Source: Sphagnum compactum (Eukaryota). From it: DNA of 64,000 bases. The translations under genes were made by a program, and so were the position numbers. Shown piece after piece: positions 11,416-25,075 of this stretch; within the stretch, counting starts at the first letter, position 1; each line of letters starts with the position of its first letter. The notes beneath the pieces were generated by a model, which ran no database searches, was not told the origin of the DNA, and was given only the letters and a program-made list of their open reading frames with translations. The DNA is taken from NCBI GenBank assembly GCA_965153455.1, contig OZ234493.1, positions 5,518,001-5,582,000 on the forward strand, written 5' to 3'.

Positions 11416-14400
11416 TTAAGCACGCCGCTTGCTAAGACGCCACGAGTTTGGTTCATGGTAGCGATCGTAGAGGGGTTCAATGCGCTCTTGTCGTTTCCTC
11501 TTGCTTAATTTCGTGGGATCAGCAACCTTGAAAAACCTCGGTGCCAACTCAACAAGCCACTTAGGATCCATCAAGGTAACCTCACGCATGTACTCCTTTG
11601 TGGTCATAACTAACTCATGATAGATGACCCAGTCAGGCTGCCGCTGGAACAGTGCACTGCTAGGATGAATATAGACTGGTTGATTCTCAACCAACGTGCG
11701 GTAACCCTCCTGTGGGTCCTTGCGTGCTGCATGGAAGAAGAAACCAGCAGCTATTGCCTTGCGTATGCGTGTGAAGTTCTTGCCTGTGCTTACCACATCC
11801 AGCTTGTATCTGAATCCACAAACAGGCCCAATCCAAGTCAGCAACAGTAAAATAAGGACTATGTGCTTTTGTCAAACTATCAGGTTTCAGCTCTTGATGC
11901 CACTTCTCTCACATCATGACAATAGAAGAGTTGACAGTATCTTATCACCCCAGGCCGGCTAGTAGGATCAGTTGAAACACTTCAGGACAAGCACTAACAG
12001 ATACTTCAGCACTGCTCATTGCAAACACTCCTCTCACACAATGACATCAGTTCAACAAGTCAATGGAATTGTGAGGGTAAAACTCCATTTCAATTTGCCT
12101 GCCCCTGTACAAGCAACCATCTAAGCCAAAGGCATAGAAACTCTAACTTGAGGGTAGTAGCTGGCTCATCCTGGACCATGAACATATCTCTGAGCAACTA
12201 TATTCAAACATTATTATGAACTGTATTGCAGTCCTCTTGTTACAGGAACTGATATTTCAAGAACAGAAGTAGAACTGGGCAAAAATGTATTGCTTCAATA
12301 CCTGTCCATGACTGTGAGCAGCTGCTTCCGCACATCCTGCGCTCTCCTCAGTGACCGGGACTGCACAAAGTTCTCAAAACACCATGGACCCGAAAAGCTT
12401 TTGGCCTTCCAAGCCTCATACACTGCCAACAATGTCAAGTGATCACCTTCAATTTGGAAGAACTTTGCCTTCTTTTGGTCTGCCTGTGCTTGTTTCTCCC
12501 GTGGGCGATAGAAGATATTTTGGGCTTGTAGCATAGAGATGATCGTAAGAATTTCATCACTGCAACCCAAGTCCACACTGGCCAGCAGCATCTTTGATTG
12601 AGGAGGCTCCAAAGGAAACTCGGCCATTTTTCTTCCCAATTTTGTCAAAAGGCCCTCCTCGTCTAGTGCTCCAAGACTGTACAGCTGTTCCATAGCTGAT
12701 ATGAGTGCCTGTGGGGGAGGACGGTCCATAAAATCAAAGGAGAGGAGATCATTGATGCCCATAGCTTTCATTTGCAGCGTGGTAAATCCCAAGTTTATCC
12801 TCTGGATTTCTGGCACAGTTGTGGGCAGCATCTCATTGCGGTATGCACTCTCTGTGTACAGTCGATAACATTTGCCAGGTCCAGTTCGACCTGCTCGACC
12901 TGCTCTTTGGCGTGCTGATGCTTGTGAAATGGGAGTGATGACCAAGGAATCAAGTCCAAGCTTTGGATTGTATACATTTTGCTTTGCAAACCCAGGGTCC
13001 ACAACATAGTAAATTCCATCAATTGTAAGAGATGCCTCTGCAATATTGGTGGCCACCACCACCTTTCTCATTCCAGGAGGTGGCGGCTCAAAAATACGCG
13101 TCTGCATCTCACTTGGAAGAGCACTGTAGACAGGCAAGATGATCAGCTCTGGCACATTAGGACCCAATCCCTTAATTCTCTCATACAGAATCTGACAGGC
13201 TGTATCGATCTCCTCCTGCCCTGTCAAGAAAAGAAGAATGTCCCCCTCAGGCTCAGTCAGATGGATCTGCATCACGGTAATGAGGGCAGCATCAAGATAA
13301 TCAGTCTCAGGTTGCTTTGTGTAGAGAATCTCCACTGGGAAAGTCCGTCCAGGAATGGTGAAGATGGGGCAATTGAAGAAATAACCAGAAAATTTCTCAG
13401 CATTCAATGTTGCTGAAGTGACAATGAGCCTTAGATCAGGCCTCCGCTTCACAAGCCCCTTCAAAAGGCCAAACAACACATCTGTATGAATTGTCCGTTC
13501 ATGAGCCTCATCCAGCATGATCACAGAATAAGAAACAAGTTGCTCATCAACTAAAATCTCTCGGAGCAACATTCCATCTGTCATATACTTGATCACTGTC
13601 TCGGGTCCTGTGCAGTCCTCAAACCGAATTGCATAACCAACCTCCTCACCAAGGCGACAGCCAAATTCCTCGGCAACTCTTTTGGCCACTGACATTGCTG
13701 CCACACGCCGAGGCTGTGTGCATCCTATCTTTCCCCGAGTTGTGTATCCAGCTTCTGCCAAATATTGTGTCATCTGTGTCGTCTTCCCAGAGCCTGTCTC
13801 TCCAATGACCACCAGCACCTGGTTGTCATTTACAGCCTTGATGAGCTCATTCTTTAGCTTGTAAATAGGCAAACTTTGTCGCTGCTCCTGGATAGAAAGT
13901 TTTGAGCGTTGCCCAAATGTGGGAGCCTTGCCAAATGCATCCTTCTTCCACTCTGGCATGTCATATGCTGAGAGCCCCACTCCGCGAAGCTCCTGAGCCA
14001 AATGCCTCTCACCAGTCTCAGGCATGGGATCCTCCCATGGTCTGTTAAGATCCTTGGGTATTGAATCCAGCATGGTCCGCTGCTGCTGTTCCCGCAGCTC
14101 CCTCCTCTCTTTTGCCAGTGCTGACTGAGTCATAGCAGCTCGCTGTAAGGAGCCATCAGGGTTCTTCACAATTTTGACTGGGGATACATCAATGGAATAT
14201 CGTGTCTGGCCCCTGAGAAAGGAGGGTTCATCTTCATTGAGCTCGATCTCAAGCTCTTCTTCTCCACCCTCTTCTTGATACAACATACCGCCCCCATCCT
14301 CATCATACATGGGATAGTCCCGCACATCCAGCACCCCTGAGGCAATCAATTGCTTTGCCTCCCACCGCTCTGGTGAGCTCATCCTCTTCATAGGCCTTCT

Positions 14401-15654
14401 GGCTGAGACATTCTCATCTTCTTCAACTATGGTGATTCCTGACAAACCCTTCCTTGTGACAGGGGCCAGGCTGGAGCTGGATGGATTCGTGCGCAGGTTC
14501 TCCTCTTCAATGCTGGGTTTTTTCATGGGGAGCAAATCTTGCCCAGTCTTCTGGTCAACATCACGTATGGAGAGGCTCATTTTCTTCTCACCAATTGAGA
14601 TCACCTTTACCCAGACCTCCTGATCCCGCTCCACAGCGTCTTTGGCATTTGCAACCCTGCGAGATGCGATATGATACACATGTACAAGTCCCTCTTTTCT
14701 ATCTCTCACTCCTTGCAGTTGAACAAAGCAGCCATAGTCCATTATCCGCGAAACCCTTCCCTTGTATATTCCAAACAGCTCAGGCTCACCGACCATCTCT
14801 GTGCGGCCAGCTCCATTGGCCCTCGCATGACCTCCCCTTTCTCTCCCCTCATGATCGTTATTATTGTCCCTCCCCCCGTCGCTCTCTCTCCATTTCTCAC
14901 CGCCGTCTCTTTGATGCCGTGCACTTCCTGGCACTGGATCTCTATCGCCGTTCCTATCTCTATCACTCAACCTTGCTCGTTCTTCTATCCCCTCATGTTC
15001 GCTTCCTATACCACGTCGATACCTTTGATCTCTGTCGTCTTTATCCGCTCTACCTCCCACGCCATCGCTAACCCTAATTCCATCTCTCTCACTCCCGCTT
15101 TCCCTCTCTCTCCCCCTTTCTCTGTCCCTGTCACTGTCCCTTCCTTTATCTTTGTCCCTCACACCGTTTCTACGTATATCCCTTAGTTCGTCGTCCTCCC
15201 CCTGATTTTCTTTTTCACCCCTATCTCTCCCATTCCTATGCGCCTCTCTCCTTCCGACATCAACCCCATCTCGACGTACGACTTCCTCTGAAGCAAGCTC
15301 TTCTTCCGACTCTTTCACGCGCGTTCGGTTGTCAGGAAAGGATAGTCCCGGGAAGGCCGACTTCTTCTCCTCTTTAACCCCGTCTAAACCCTTGAGCTTC
15401 TCCCGCTCCACCTTGCTCTTGGGGGCCAGAATAGCCTGGATGATGATCAGCAACGTTTTGACGAAGTACTCAGGGATCTCGGCACCATTCTTCTTCAACA
15501 CCTGGTCGAAAGCCTCGACCGTGTCACTACGCTGAGCGATGTCGATGATAAACTCAGCTAAGGTTTTATCAGAGCATCCGACGTGCGCTTCAAGCTCCGT
15601 GCAAACCTTGGACACCAGCGACAAATACTCCAACTTCTTCAACCCGGAATCCAT
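11416..15654 (-). CDS. PRP22: Pre-mRNA splicing factor DEAH-box RNA helicase PRP22/DHX8 (plant DEAH5-like), 2 exons, 1248 aa
   Basis: Exons 15654-12302 and 11809-11416, with a 492-nt GT-AG intron (AG|gtattg...ttcag|A) in phase. Contains an N-terminal PWI-like region, an RD-rich region, an S1 domain, [15 protein letters not shown] and QRAGRAGR, and ends in [20 protein letters not shown]. Confidence 0.97.
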
Positions 15655-15706
15655 TCTAATCTGCTACTCTACAACCTTGAATGCATTTATCCTACGACCT
15701 CGCATG

Positions 15707-15708
<2 letters not shown>

Positions 15709-15744
<36 letters not shown>

Positions 15745-15993
15745 GGTGGGACAATGCCCACTCCTCTTTCTTGACGCCAAAACCACAGATCTCAGAACCC
15801 TAATCCTAACCCTACTTGTTTCATCTCAGTTCTCACATTCAGTGTTTTTCCTTGCCTGCTTAGCATTTATGATTCTGCGCTTTCCGTCTGTTTCTGCAAA
15901 TTCCGCTCCTGCTGCTGTGCTTTCTCCACAGAGACAATTGACATATCTAGTAACTCTAGAAGAGCAGTTCCGCCGGCGGCGGTAGAATGGGCC
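15709..15993 (-). promoter_or_regulatory. PRP22 5' region with (GA)n tract, telo-box-like motifs and a site II motif
   Basis: (CT)n on plus at ~15710-15742, gaaccctaatcctaacccta at 15795-15814 and TGGGCC at 15988-15993. Telo-box plus site II is typical of plant RNA-processing and translation genes. Confidence 0.55.
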
Positions 15994-18039
15994 TGTATAC
16001 TGTACTCTGTCTGGGTCAGTTACAACTTTCAAAAGAGCATGAAAATGGGTTTGGAGTTTGGACGGGTGTTTGGTCGGTGGTTCCTTTTTTTTTTTCTTTT
16101 TTTTCCATAACTGGGGGTCTGGGTTCTCTAAAAAAAAATTTAGTAATGCCCACTTGTTATGCAAAAAGGTTTTAGTTATGAAATACAATTCAAAGTTATT
16201 ATTTTTTAACATTATTTGTGATCCTTGGCTTATTGTTTTATTATATTAAACATTTGGGGGGCTCCGCGTTGCTTCACACAACCAATGACGATGACTCAAT
16301 TATTTTGTGTGAACATAATAATTTTATTTGTAATCAATTGATTTGCTAGGCAAAATGCCAATGAAAGTCCAATTCATTAAAAAAGTTCACAACAAGATAT
16401 AACTAGACAAAAGGAAAAAAAACAATTGCAAGGGTGTAAAACAACCAACAAAATACAAACCAACAAAAACATTGAAAGGCGCAAGATAGACAACAATATA
16501 CAAACAGACCCCAAAAAAATGATTTTGAAATGGAATTTGATTTATTACAAATTACAATCTATAATGATTTTGGAATTGTCATAGTGATAATCACCAAAAT
16601 ATTTTGTGATCATTGGCTTATTGTGTTATAATATTAAACATTGAATTTAAAGCACAAATGTTTTCACCTAAGAAATGTTTTATGTTTTGAAATAACTTAT
16701 CTTTTTTTTTTAGGTGCTTGAATAAAGGGTTTGGAATTGTTACATTCAATAGCTTTTAAATGTTGTTGTGTTTGTATTGTTGCAAAACAATATCTACTTT
16801 CAATAAAAATGTGAAACTCAATCTCATCATCTAATATTGATATGTCAACATGAAGATATCATATAATATTTTTTATTTTATTTTTTTGCTTTGGAGTATA
16901 GCTAATGTTTTCAACTTTAGATTGGAAAAAGGCAAAGACAGATAGCAAAAATTGTAAATCATAATTAAAAACATCCAAACATATGTATACATATTTTTTC
17001 CTAATTATTTTTTACAATTTTATTGATACTATTGCACATTTGTTGAAATGAAAAATAATAATAAATATTTACCATAATTTGATTTAAAGGTGAATATGTA
17101 TTGCAATTTTCTTTTTTGCACATTTCGTTTTGTTGTAGAATGTTTACTTAAATGATTGATTCTTATGTCAATTTCACGAGAAGGTGAGCACAAATACCAA
17201 CAAGAATATTTTGAGTTCATTATAAATTACATGTGCATAAATTTTGAAAAAATTTGGTGGTGGAATGTTGTGTTTAATTTTGTAACTATTTTTTAAATCT
17301 TGTAAGTATTGCACACATATCCAATTGAATTGTTGGATGTATAATGAAAATACAATTTAACTTAAAATAATTTTTTGAATTTGGATGAAAATGAAATGGT
17401 TCAAAGAAAAAAACCAATTGTTTAGTATTTTTTTCATTTTTGAATAGTTATAAAGTTGTTTCCAAATTTCAAGTTTTTATTAACCATTTATGATAAATCA
17501 TCTCTTTGTTTTGCTCTTATTAATTATGGTTCAATGTGAACTATTACCTTAAATTATTGATAGTGGCTTTTGTAAAAATCTAAGTTCTGGTAGTCATAAA
17601 TTAAATTTTAAAAGCACTTTGCTAGCACCTTGAATGTTTTTTTTGTTTCCTTTTTACACTAGATGGATAAGATATTTTTTTTTTAAAACCATGTTGTTCT
17701 TTTAAGATTTTATGTGTTTTTGTGAAGGAAACAAAATCAATATACATTATTCAATAGTTTAAATGTGAAATATATTAGTTTATGATCAGTCCAATAAGCT
17801 TATGTACTTTTTGATTAACATATTGTCAAAATGAAATTATTCCATATATGACTTAATTGTGAATTGTGAATTGTTGTGTTTTCCAAAAAAATTAAATTAA
17901 ATTTGGGTGGTTGCTAGGTAGGGTGGCTCACTTTTTATGTCGTAATCTAGTTTTTTGCAAAGTGGTGTGCATTTACATGCTATTAACATAGCATATAAAC
18001 AATATTTTCTCAAATTTGTGGCTAGACATAGATTTTCAA

Positions 18040-18510
18040 CTTGGAGAAAAACATATCTATAAAACAAATTGCAACGTATATACACCAAATATATAGTAAT
18101 GGACTTTTGAAGTTGAAAAATATGGACTAATTTGTTGTTTGTGCCTCTATATACATGCATTTTTTTGTATGAATTTTATTTGGGATATCTTATAGGGACT
18201 TAATATATGATATGTTAAAACAAAAATAACATATGTGTAAAACAATTGTTAGAAAAAACTTAATCAAAAAAAGGTTATGAACTTTTGAATTTTCTAAAAT
18301 GAGCCATATTTTCATAAGTCCATATCATAATCATTTTTGGGTGGGTTTCAATTTTTGTTTTCTTAACATGTACATCAAAAAATTGTTTACAATGGTTATT
18401 CTACATATGGACTTTTTAGTTTATTAACCACCATGCAATTCCCCACTAAATTAATGATATCAAAATAAACTACCATTTCAATACTATCGTATGGACTTTT
18501 AGGGAGTGGA
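18040..18510 (+). repeat. Dispersed repeat, copy 1 (copy 2 at ~62600..63060)
   Basis: Both loci share tggacttttgaagttga.aaatatggacta...ttatagggact.aatatatga...atggactttt. Confidence 0.75.
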
Positions 18511-18539
18511 GCACCCATAAAAAATGAGCCACCTTAAAG

Positions 18540-21500
18540 TACATACACCCATTTGTGTTATTGCATATAATCCTTTAATTATTTTGATGATGAAGTTTTT
18601 AATGATATGTTCACATTAAAATCACCTATGAATATTGTATGGCAATGATATGGAGTTTTTATATAAATGCATTTTAATAATGGAAGAAAATATTCAATAT
18701 GTAATATGGAGAGTTTACAAATAGCAACAACATGAATTGTTCTTCTTGAATTAAAATTGAAGGTTTTCATTATTTTAATTCCATTTTTTGTATGTATTTC
18801 ATGTGTATGTAATGTGTTATTTTTATCATAAGGCATAATAATCACATAGCCATTGTACAACATGCCAAAATTGAAAACTTGTGGTTTGATAATGTGACAA
18901 TAGATTTAGCTTCCATATTGTTTATTCATGTTTGATTGAACCATAATATATGTGTTGCTTTTAAATTAAGGTTAAATATTCATCATGATAATGTTAAGAA
19001 ATCAAGTGTTTAAAGATTGAATAACTAGAAAAGAAGTTCAAAATGTTTTAAGAGCAGTAAAGATAGTTTGTATTTTGCATTTTTTTCAAATCTATTTTTT
19101 TCTTCTTTTACCATTGCATCAACATTGAAATTCTTTTGTTGAAATACATTAAGCAAATAAAGGTTTCCTTTTGTACATATCCTAGATAGAGTTGTGTATG
19201 TTAAATCATGTCTAAGTATACCATGAATATCAAATGCTATGTTCTCCATTGATAAGCTTTAAGCACAATGTATTATTCGTGTTGTTGTTGGCTAAATTGA
19301 GAATTGTCTACACATGAATAGATCATTGGAATTATGAGCAACTTGTACTTCTTATATCTTTGTTATCATAGGAGCACAATTATTTTGAATGGCAGGATGA
19401 CCTTCATAAAGGATTTTATTATTTGTTTTTATGTGGCTTGAAAAATCAACCCAAACTCCACATATGTAATGGGATTTAAGTTTAAATTTTTTTTTCAATG
19501 GCATTAATAAGCTCATCCTCAGTGCAATAATTACACGCACATAATTTGATTAACATATTTGGATTTAAATGGAATTCATAATGTAATCCACCAATTTTAG
19601 ATGGATTTATTTTAGATAATGTGAAACCAGGTGGAATCATGTCATGTCTAATATCTTTTCCTTGGAAATAATATATCAAACCCAATTTTTGTTTAAATAT
19701 TTTATTATTGTGTTTTCAAGCTCTTTTAATTATATAAAAAAACAAAAAAATCTATAATAGATAGATGGTGGAGGTCTTGAACATAATTTGTTTATGATAT
19801 ACGTATGTTGTTGTGTTGGACAAACGTTTCTAAATTTATTAAAGATTTCAAATATTGTGCATTTTTTGACACATAATGTGACATAACTTGTAACATTATA
19901 TTTTGTCCTACCAAAAATTAGTATCGAAAGAATTAAATCCATCATTTTTGGGATGAATACACATGAATCAAAAATCAATGACAACTAATGAAAATCAACA
20001 ATTATTAAAGCATCCAAATTTCCAAAAAAATTGTGGTTTTATTATGAATAACCTTTTATCAATGAATGAAAATATTCAACTCCTTATTAATGATATTCTC
20101 ATCCAATACCAATAGTTTGAATTGTGTATATTATTTGATCAAAGAATCGCATCTTTCATCAGTGACTAACTTGTTGAATGGAATGGCTAATCCTAAATGT
20201 ATAGTTAATCCACCATTCTTATAAGTATTTTTTCGTATGTTGCCATCTTTAAAATGATTTCTTTTGATGGACTTAAACCTCTATTTCATTTGAGACAAAA
20301 ATGAAGAAGACCTTGAATAATTATTATTAAGGTAAATGCCTTTCTTATTCTTGCACCACAAGTTAAAAGTATGGATAGGGAGTTATTTGGATTCATTTAT
20401 TTTTCATACAAATTATTATAAAAAATAATACATTGTTTTTCATTTAAGGAATGAACCAAGATTGAAAAAATAAAATATGAATGATTTTTATTTTTATTAA
20501 TTGTAATGAATCAATTGAAATTGGTTGGAGTTATTTGTTTTTAGATTCACATGGAATTTTAAATGTGATGTATACAAATCAATTGAAATACAAATCATTG
20601 CTTTGTGACAAAAATTATCTGTTGATAAACAATTTTTTTTATAAGAAGAAAATGTTTTGTAATATTATACAATCATTGTTTTCTTGAAATATTTCATCCA
20701 TAATTTATTATTGCTTTCAAGAGCCAATTTGTGAGATGTAACTTATATTTCATCCCAATCAACACTTGTAATATTTAAACAATATTTAGCCATATTTTAG
20801 TAGAAGTATTCAATGTACTCATGAACTTGTTTTGAACTTTTTGAATGGACACTTCATTTGCTTTATAAACATCATGCCAAGTTGAATAAGTTTATTTTTG
20901 GGACATTTCTTTGTCATAAAAGGTGAAAATGAAAATAATAATTGTCTATAATGGTTTTTAGGGTCCATATGTTTGTTGGAGCAAACCCAATGAATAATTT
21001 TTAAATATTTTGAAAATTTTAACATCATAACCTCCAACAAATTTAAAAAGAGATATATCAAAATAATGAAATGAACCAATTGATGCATTAGTTGATAATT
21101 GATGGAAATTAAATGTTTGTGGTAATCAATGATAAATTTTTCAACATATGTTCTTAGGTTTCAAAATAAAAGTTATTTCATCTTTTTGGGATGTATTAAT
21201 GAACTAGAATGATTTTGATATGTGATGTAGTGTCAATGAATGTATTAAATAAATAGTTAATTATGCAAACATTTGATGGGCATTCAAGAGAACATCTCCC
21301 ATATGTTGAATGCATTGAAACTTTTATTTTTCAAATATGGTTTGTAATTCTTGTGTAACATTTGTATCTACCTTAATTAATAATAATAACTTATTGTTGC
21401 ATATGGAATAAATATGAATTGTGGATCAATATTTGTTTGCCAAAGTTTATCAATAAATTATTCATATGAATTTCTATGTATGTTTATTGAATTTCATTTT

Positions 21501-22400
21501 CAAAATATTATAGGCTTTTGTAATCTAGATATCACAACTAATATGTAAGTTTTTTCATCAATTTATAATTTGTTAAAAATATGTCAAATGATATGTCTTG
21601 TCCCATCTCCATTTCATTTAACTTGTTAAAAATATATCATGTTTTTAATTTGAATTTTTAATTTTTAATAATTAAATTAGTATTTGTGTGTTATCCAATG
21701 ATGATAATAAAAAATGAAACCTACACACATGTTTTTTCTTATGACAAGTTCATTATGATGATGAAGTTGACTTTCACAAAACTTTCATGCAACAAAAAGA
21801 TTTGTCACAAATAAACGATTATATTTTATCATTGCTATCGAATCCATATTTTTGTGCGTATTTTATCCAAAGAGTCCTAATCATGTTCATTTCCTTTACT
21901 TTTAAATTTTGTTACAAAAAATATATATACTTGTCCAAATAATGTATTTGTTGATGATTATAATAACTTGCAAAAAGATTTCATTCAATGGACATAATAT
22001 CATGCACAAGTTACTAGATCTCCTCTAGCAAGTTCAAAAATGACCTCATCATCAAATTTGATATTTTTTCAATCTATGTTATGAGATTTTGTTTAATTCA
22101 TGAAATGTTTTAAGTAAATCTATCCATTTGCTTTAAATATGTTGAAAATAACAAACAATGTTGGGATTTCAAATTGACAAATCATTAAAAAATAAATAAA
22201 TAATGTAAATAATTTTTACAAATACAAATATTTTGGAGTTCTTTATATCCCAATTCAGATTGTTGATATACATTTCTAAAAAACATGTACACAAAAACCT
22301 CATTTAATTTCCTATGCATGCATGTTCAAATTAGACATAATGTATAAAATTAAATTCAAAAGATAACAAGATGATTCTATGGATATATTATCAAATGAAA
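18540..22400 (-). mobile_element. Decayed Helitron-superfamily element: Rep + PIF1 helicase + AP endonuclease (Helentron/EndoHelitron-like)
   Basis: Degenerate motifs occur in order on minus. Rep: IPTLFVIF (~22160), DLVTCA (~22010), HUH-like KGNEHD*GLFWIK (~21880, frameshifted), QLHHH..C.KK..CRF (~21740), WQTNID (~21430). Helicase: Walker A-like LTCGARIRKAFTL (~20350), LLVLDE/ISL (~20100), FGNLDALIIVDFH (~20010), RQFSI..IHCA*SLSME (~19280), TYTTLSR (~19190). Endonuclease: IFIGDFNVN (~18620). Many stops and frameshifts. Confidence 0.8.
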
Positions 22401-23533
22401 ATAATACAAAAGTTATGGAACTATTTTTTTATATAGGCTGAGTAAAATTTATTAATAACCAAACAAATACATAACATTAAATTGAATTAATTCAAATATG
22501 AACCATTAACCAATATAAGAACTAACAAGGTAATTAATAACTAATCAATTAACATTTACAAAAAAAAATTGATACTTAAAAAAATCAAAATGATTATCCT
22601 TTTAATACTTTCAACCTTACATTATTTTTATTTATTTAAATTATTATTATATATTTAATAAATGATTGGTGATTTTATTAATTTCAATTTATACCATGTT
22701 GACATGTGTCATTACTTACGTTATAGTTAAAAAACTAGTTTAGGTTGCTAAGCACTTAACCTAAGTTGATTAATTTGGTTGACAAATATTCGGTCATCAT
22801 CCTACGTTGACCACAACCCATGTTCATTTGTGCAATTGATCCCTGAACCCCAAAGATGGAAATCAAATATTTCACCACCAAGTCACCCCACTTGTGATAA
22901 AACAATATTATATTATTATAAGAAATCATGAATTTTTTGACTAGGAATTTCAATAAAAAAAACCCCCCATATGGTTTTTTTGCCCCCATGGTTAACTTGA
23001 CCAAAGTGCCATTTTGGGCAAGTTGATTTGGACACGATCGTGTTGACTTAGGTATTTTTGGTTGGTTTTTTTTATTGGATTTTTTTGACCAGTTTTTTAT
23101 ACTGAACCACTGTGACAATAATATAATTTGGGCATCAACCAAAAATATTTATTATTTAAATTATTTATTTAAATTAATATGAAAATATTAATTAATTACC
23201 CTACCTACCTATTTAATTAATAAAATTGATAATTAATTCCAAACAAGAATTTATTTATTTAGTTACCAATCTTATGTCCTAGGCCTAGGCTAGGCCACTT
23301 AGGCTAGACCAAGCCTTTTAAACTAGGCCAAGTAGCCTAGGCTAGGTGGTGTAGTAGCTTTTGCAACCTAGGCTACCTAATTAGGACACTTAAGTAGCCA
23401 AAATAGCCTAGGTTACAAGTGTGAACACTTGAATTCCTCACCTCGACATTGAAGAATCAAATATTTAACCATTGAACCACCATCCCATAAGGTGGTTTTC
23501 TTGGACAACATATTTGTAATGAACATGATTTTG

Positions 23534-24510
23534 TGTAACACGAAATTAGGTCGCCACGCCAATGTGAACACTGTCTGATCTTGGGATTTAATTTTGCTTT
23601 ATTAGCCGTCATTTTGCTGCGGCAGTCTTTCCATTACTTCTACATGGAAGTGCATGGGAAGGCTTCTCTCTGGGTGTGTGTGAGATGTTGTACAGGAAGG
23701 AGGCGGCGCGAATGATGGGAAGGAATGGAGCTGCATTGATGAGCCGAAGTGGAAAGCACGGCGGCGGCTGAGTGAGGGAGGACGAAAGCTTGTGATGGAA
23801 GCTAGGAAGAAAGCGGAGAGGAGGAGGAGCTGCAGGTCTAGAAGGGTGGCTGGTTTTTGTGAAAGATCGGTAGATCAGCACTGAAGATGAGAGGATAGGC
23901 AGATAGATAGAAAAAGAGCATTTTTGGGAGGAAGATCAGGCAGAGAAGCTTGGAGGATAGACTGAGAGGTCTGACTTTTGGAGAGCGTTTCTGAGCTCAG
24001 GAGTGGTTTCTGGATCTTGGCTGATCATTGCTTAAGGAGGCCAAGATAGAGTTGAAGAGGTCAGATGAGCTTAGAAGAGTATAGACGTATCACTCTGTAT
24101 GTCTGTTTTTGTAGAGCACTTGGCTGTGTTGCTGAAACTTTCCACTACGCCAGCGACTTAGCTGAGTGGGATGCATGATTTTGATGAGCACACCGGAGTG
24201 GGGAAGCTTGTGCTGTCGGGGAGATTCTGTGAATTATGAGCTATGAATTTAAATCTCTGAAATTCTGTCTTGTTGTTTTGCATGAGTAGACACTGTGTCT
24301 GAGGAAGTTCAGTGAAGGGGCTTTTGCATCGGTGATGTGTGCATCTCATTAGCTTTTAGTAGGACTAGAAGACAGAAGCTCTGGACTTAGATTAGCGCAA
24401 TTGTCATGCTATTTGTTTAATAGACGAACACCCATTCATATTTCTGTCAGGGTGAACTCAACAGAGGGGTCGAGTCGTTGTTTAACCTTTCCCTTTTCTT
24501 TTTGGTTACA
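23534..24510. mobile_element. Solo LTR, 977 bp
   Basis: Begins TGTAAC and ends GTTACA (perfect 6-bp inverted termini), with TTTG on both flanks. It is much richer in GC and CpG than the surrounding DNA, and I saw no internal gag/pol. Confidence 0.8.
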
Positions 24511-24798
24511 TTTGAACCAACATATTGTAATCAATTTCCATGAATTTTTTTTCAACATGCATATTATATAAAATGAACTTGAATTTTTTACATTGTTTAC
24601 ATAAATAGGTAGGTTATAGGTATGGTAGCCTAAGTAGGTAAGAAGTACTTATTAATAAATGCATGTACCCAAGTAACATGTAGGTTATAGTTTATTAGGC
24701 CTTATAGGTACCTACTAACCTATTAATAGACCTAGCCTAAGCATAATAGGTATGTAGCCTAGCCTATTAAGTAGGTCTAGGCTTAGGCTACCTACTTA

Positions 24799-25075
24799 GT
24801 AGGCCTATGTGGGCATAACTTAGGTTAGCTACATACCTAATAGGCTTAGGTAGTCTAGGTTAAGTGACATACCAACCTAGTAGGCCTAGGTGGCATAACC
24901 TAGGTTAGCTACATACCTAATAGGCTTAGGTAGTCTAGGTTAAGTGACATACCAACCTAGTAGGCCTAGGTGGTGTAGTTTAGGTTAGCTACATATCTAG
25001 TACGCTTTGGTAGCTTAGATTAATCGATGTACCTACCTAGTAAGCTTAGGTGGTGTAGCCTAGGTTACATAGGTA
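24799..25075. repeat. 80-bp tandem repeat (~3.5 copies), CTAG/TAGG-rich
   Basis: taggtta(gct) recurs at 24821, 24901, 24981 and 25061. The first two units are almost identical. Confidence 0.9.

Noticed and set aside
12302..15654. PRP22 as a retrocopy because of its 3.35-kb exon
   Set aside because: It retains an intron and a normal promoter, and I saw no poly-A or TSD. From recall (not verified here), plant PRP22 genes are intron-poor.
12979..15985. Plus-strand ORFs of 145-196 aa
   Set aside because: They are antisense shadows of PRP22 and its CT-repeat leader, low in complexity, with no recognisable domain.
24799..25075. CRISPR-like array
   Set aside because: The units repeat in full with no unique spacers, there are no cas genes, and the context is eukaryotic.
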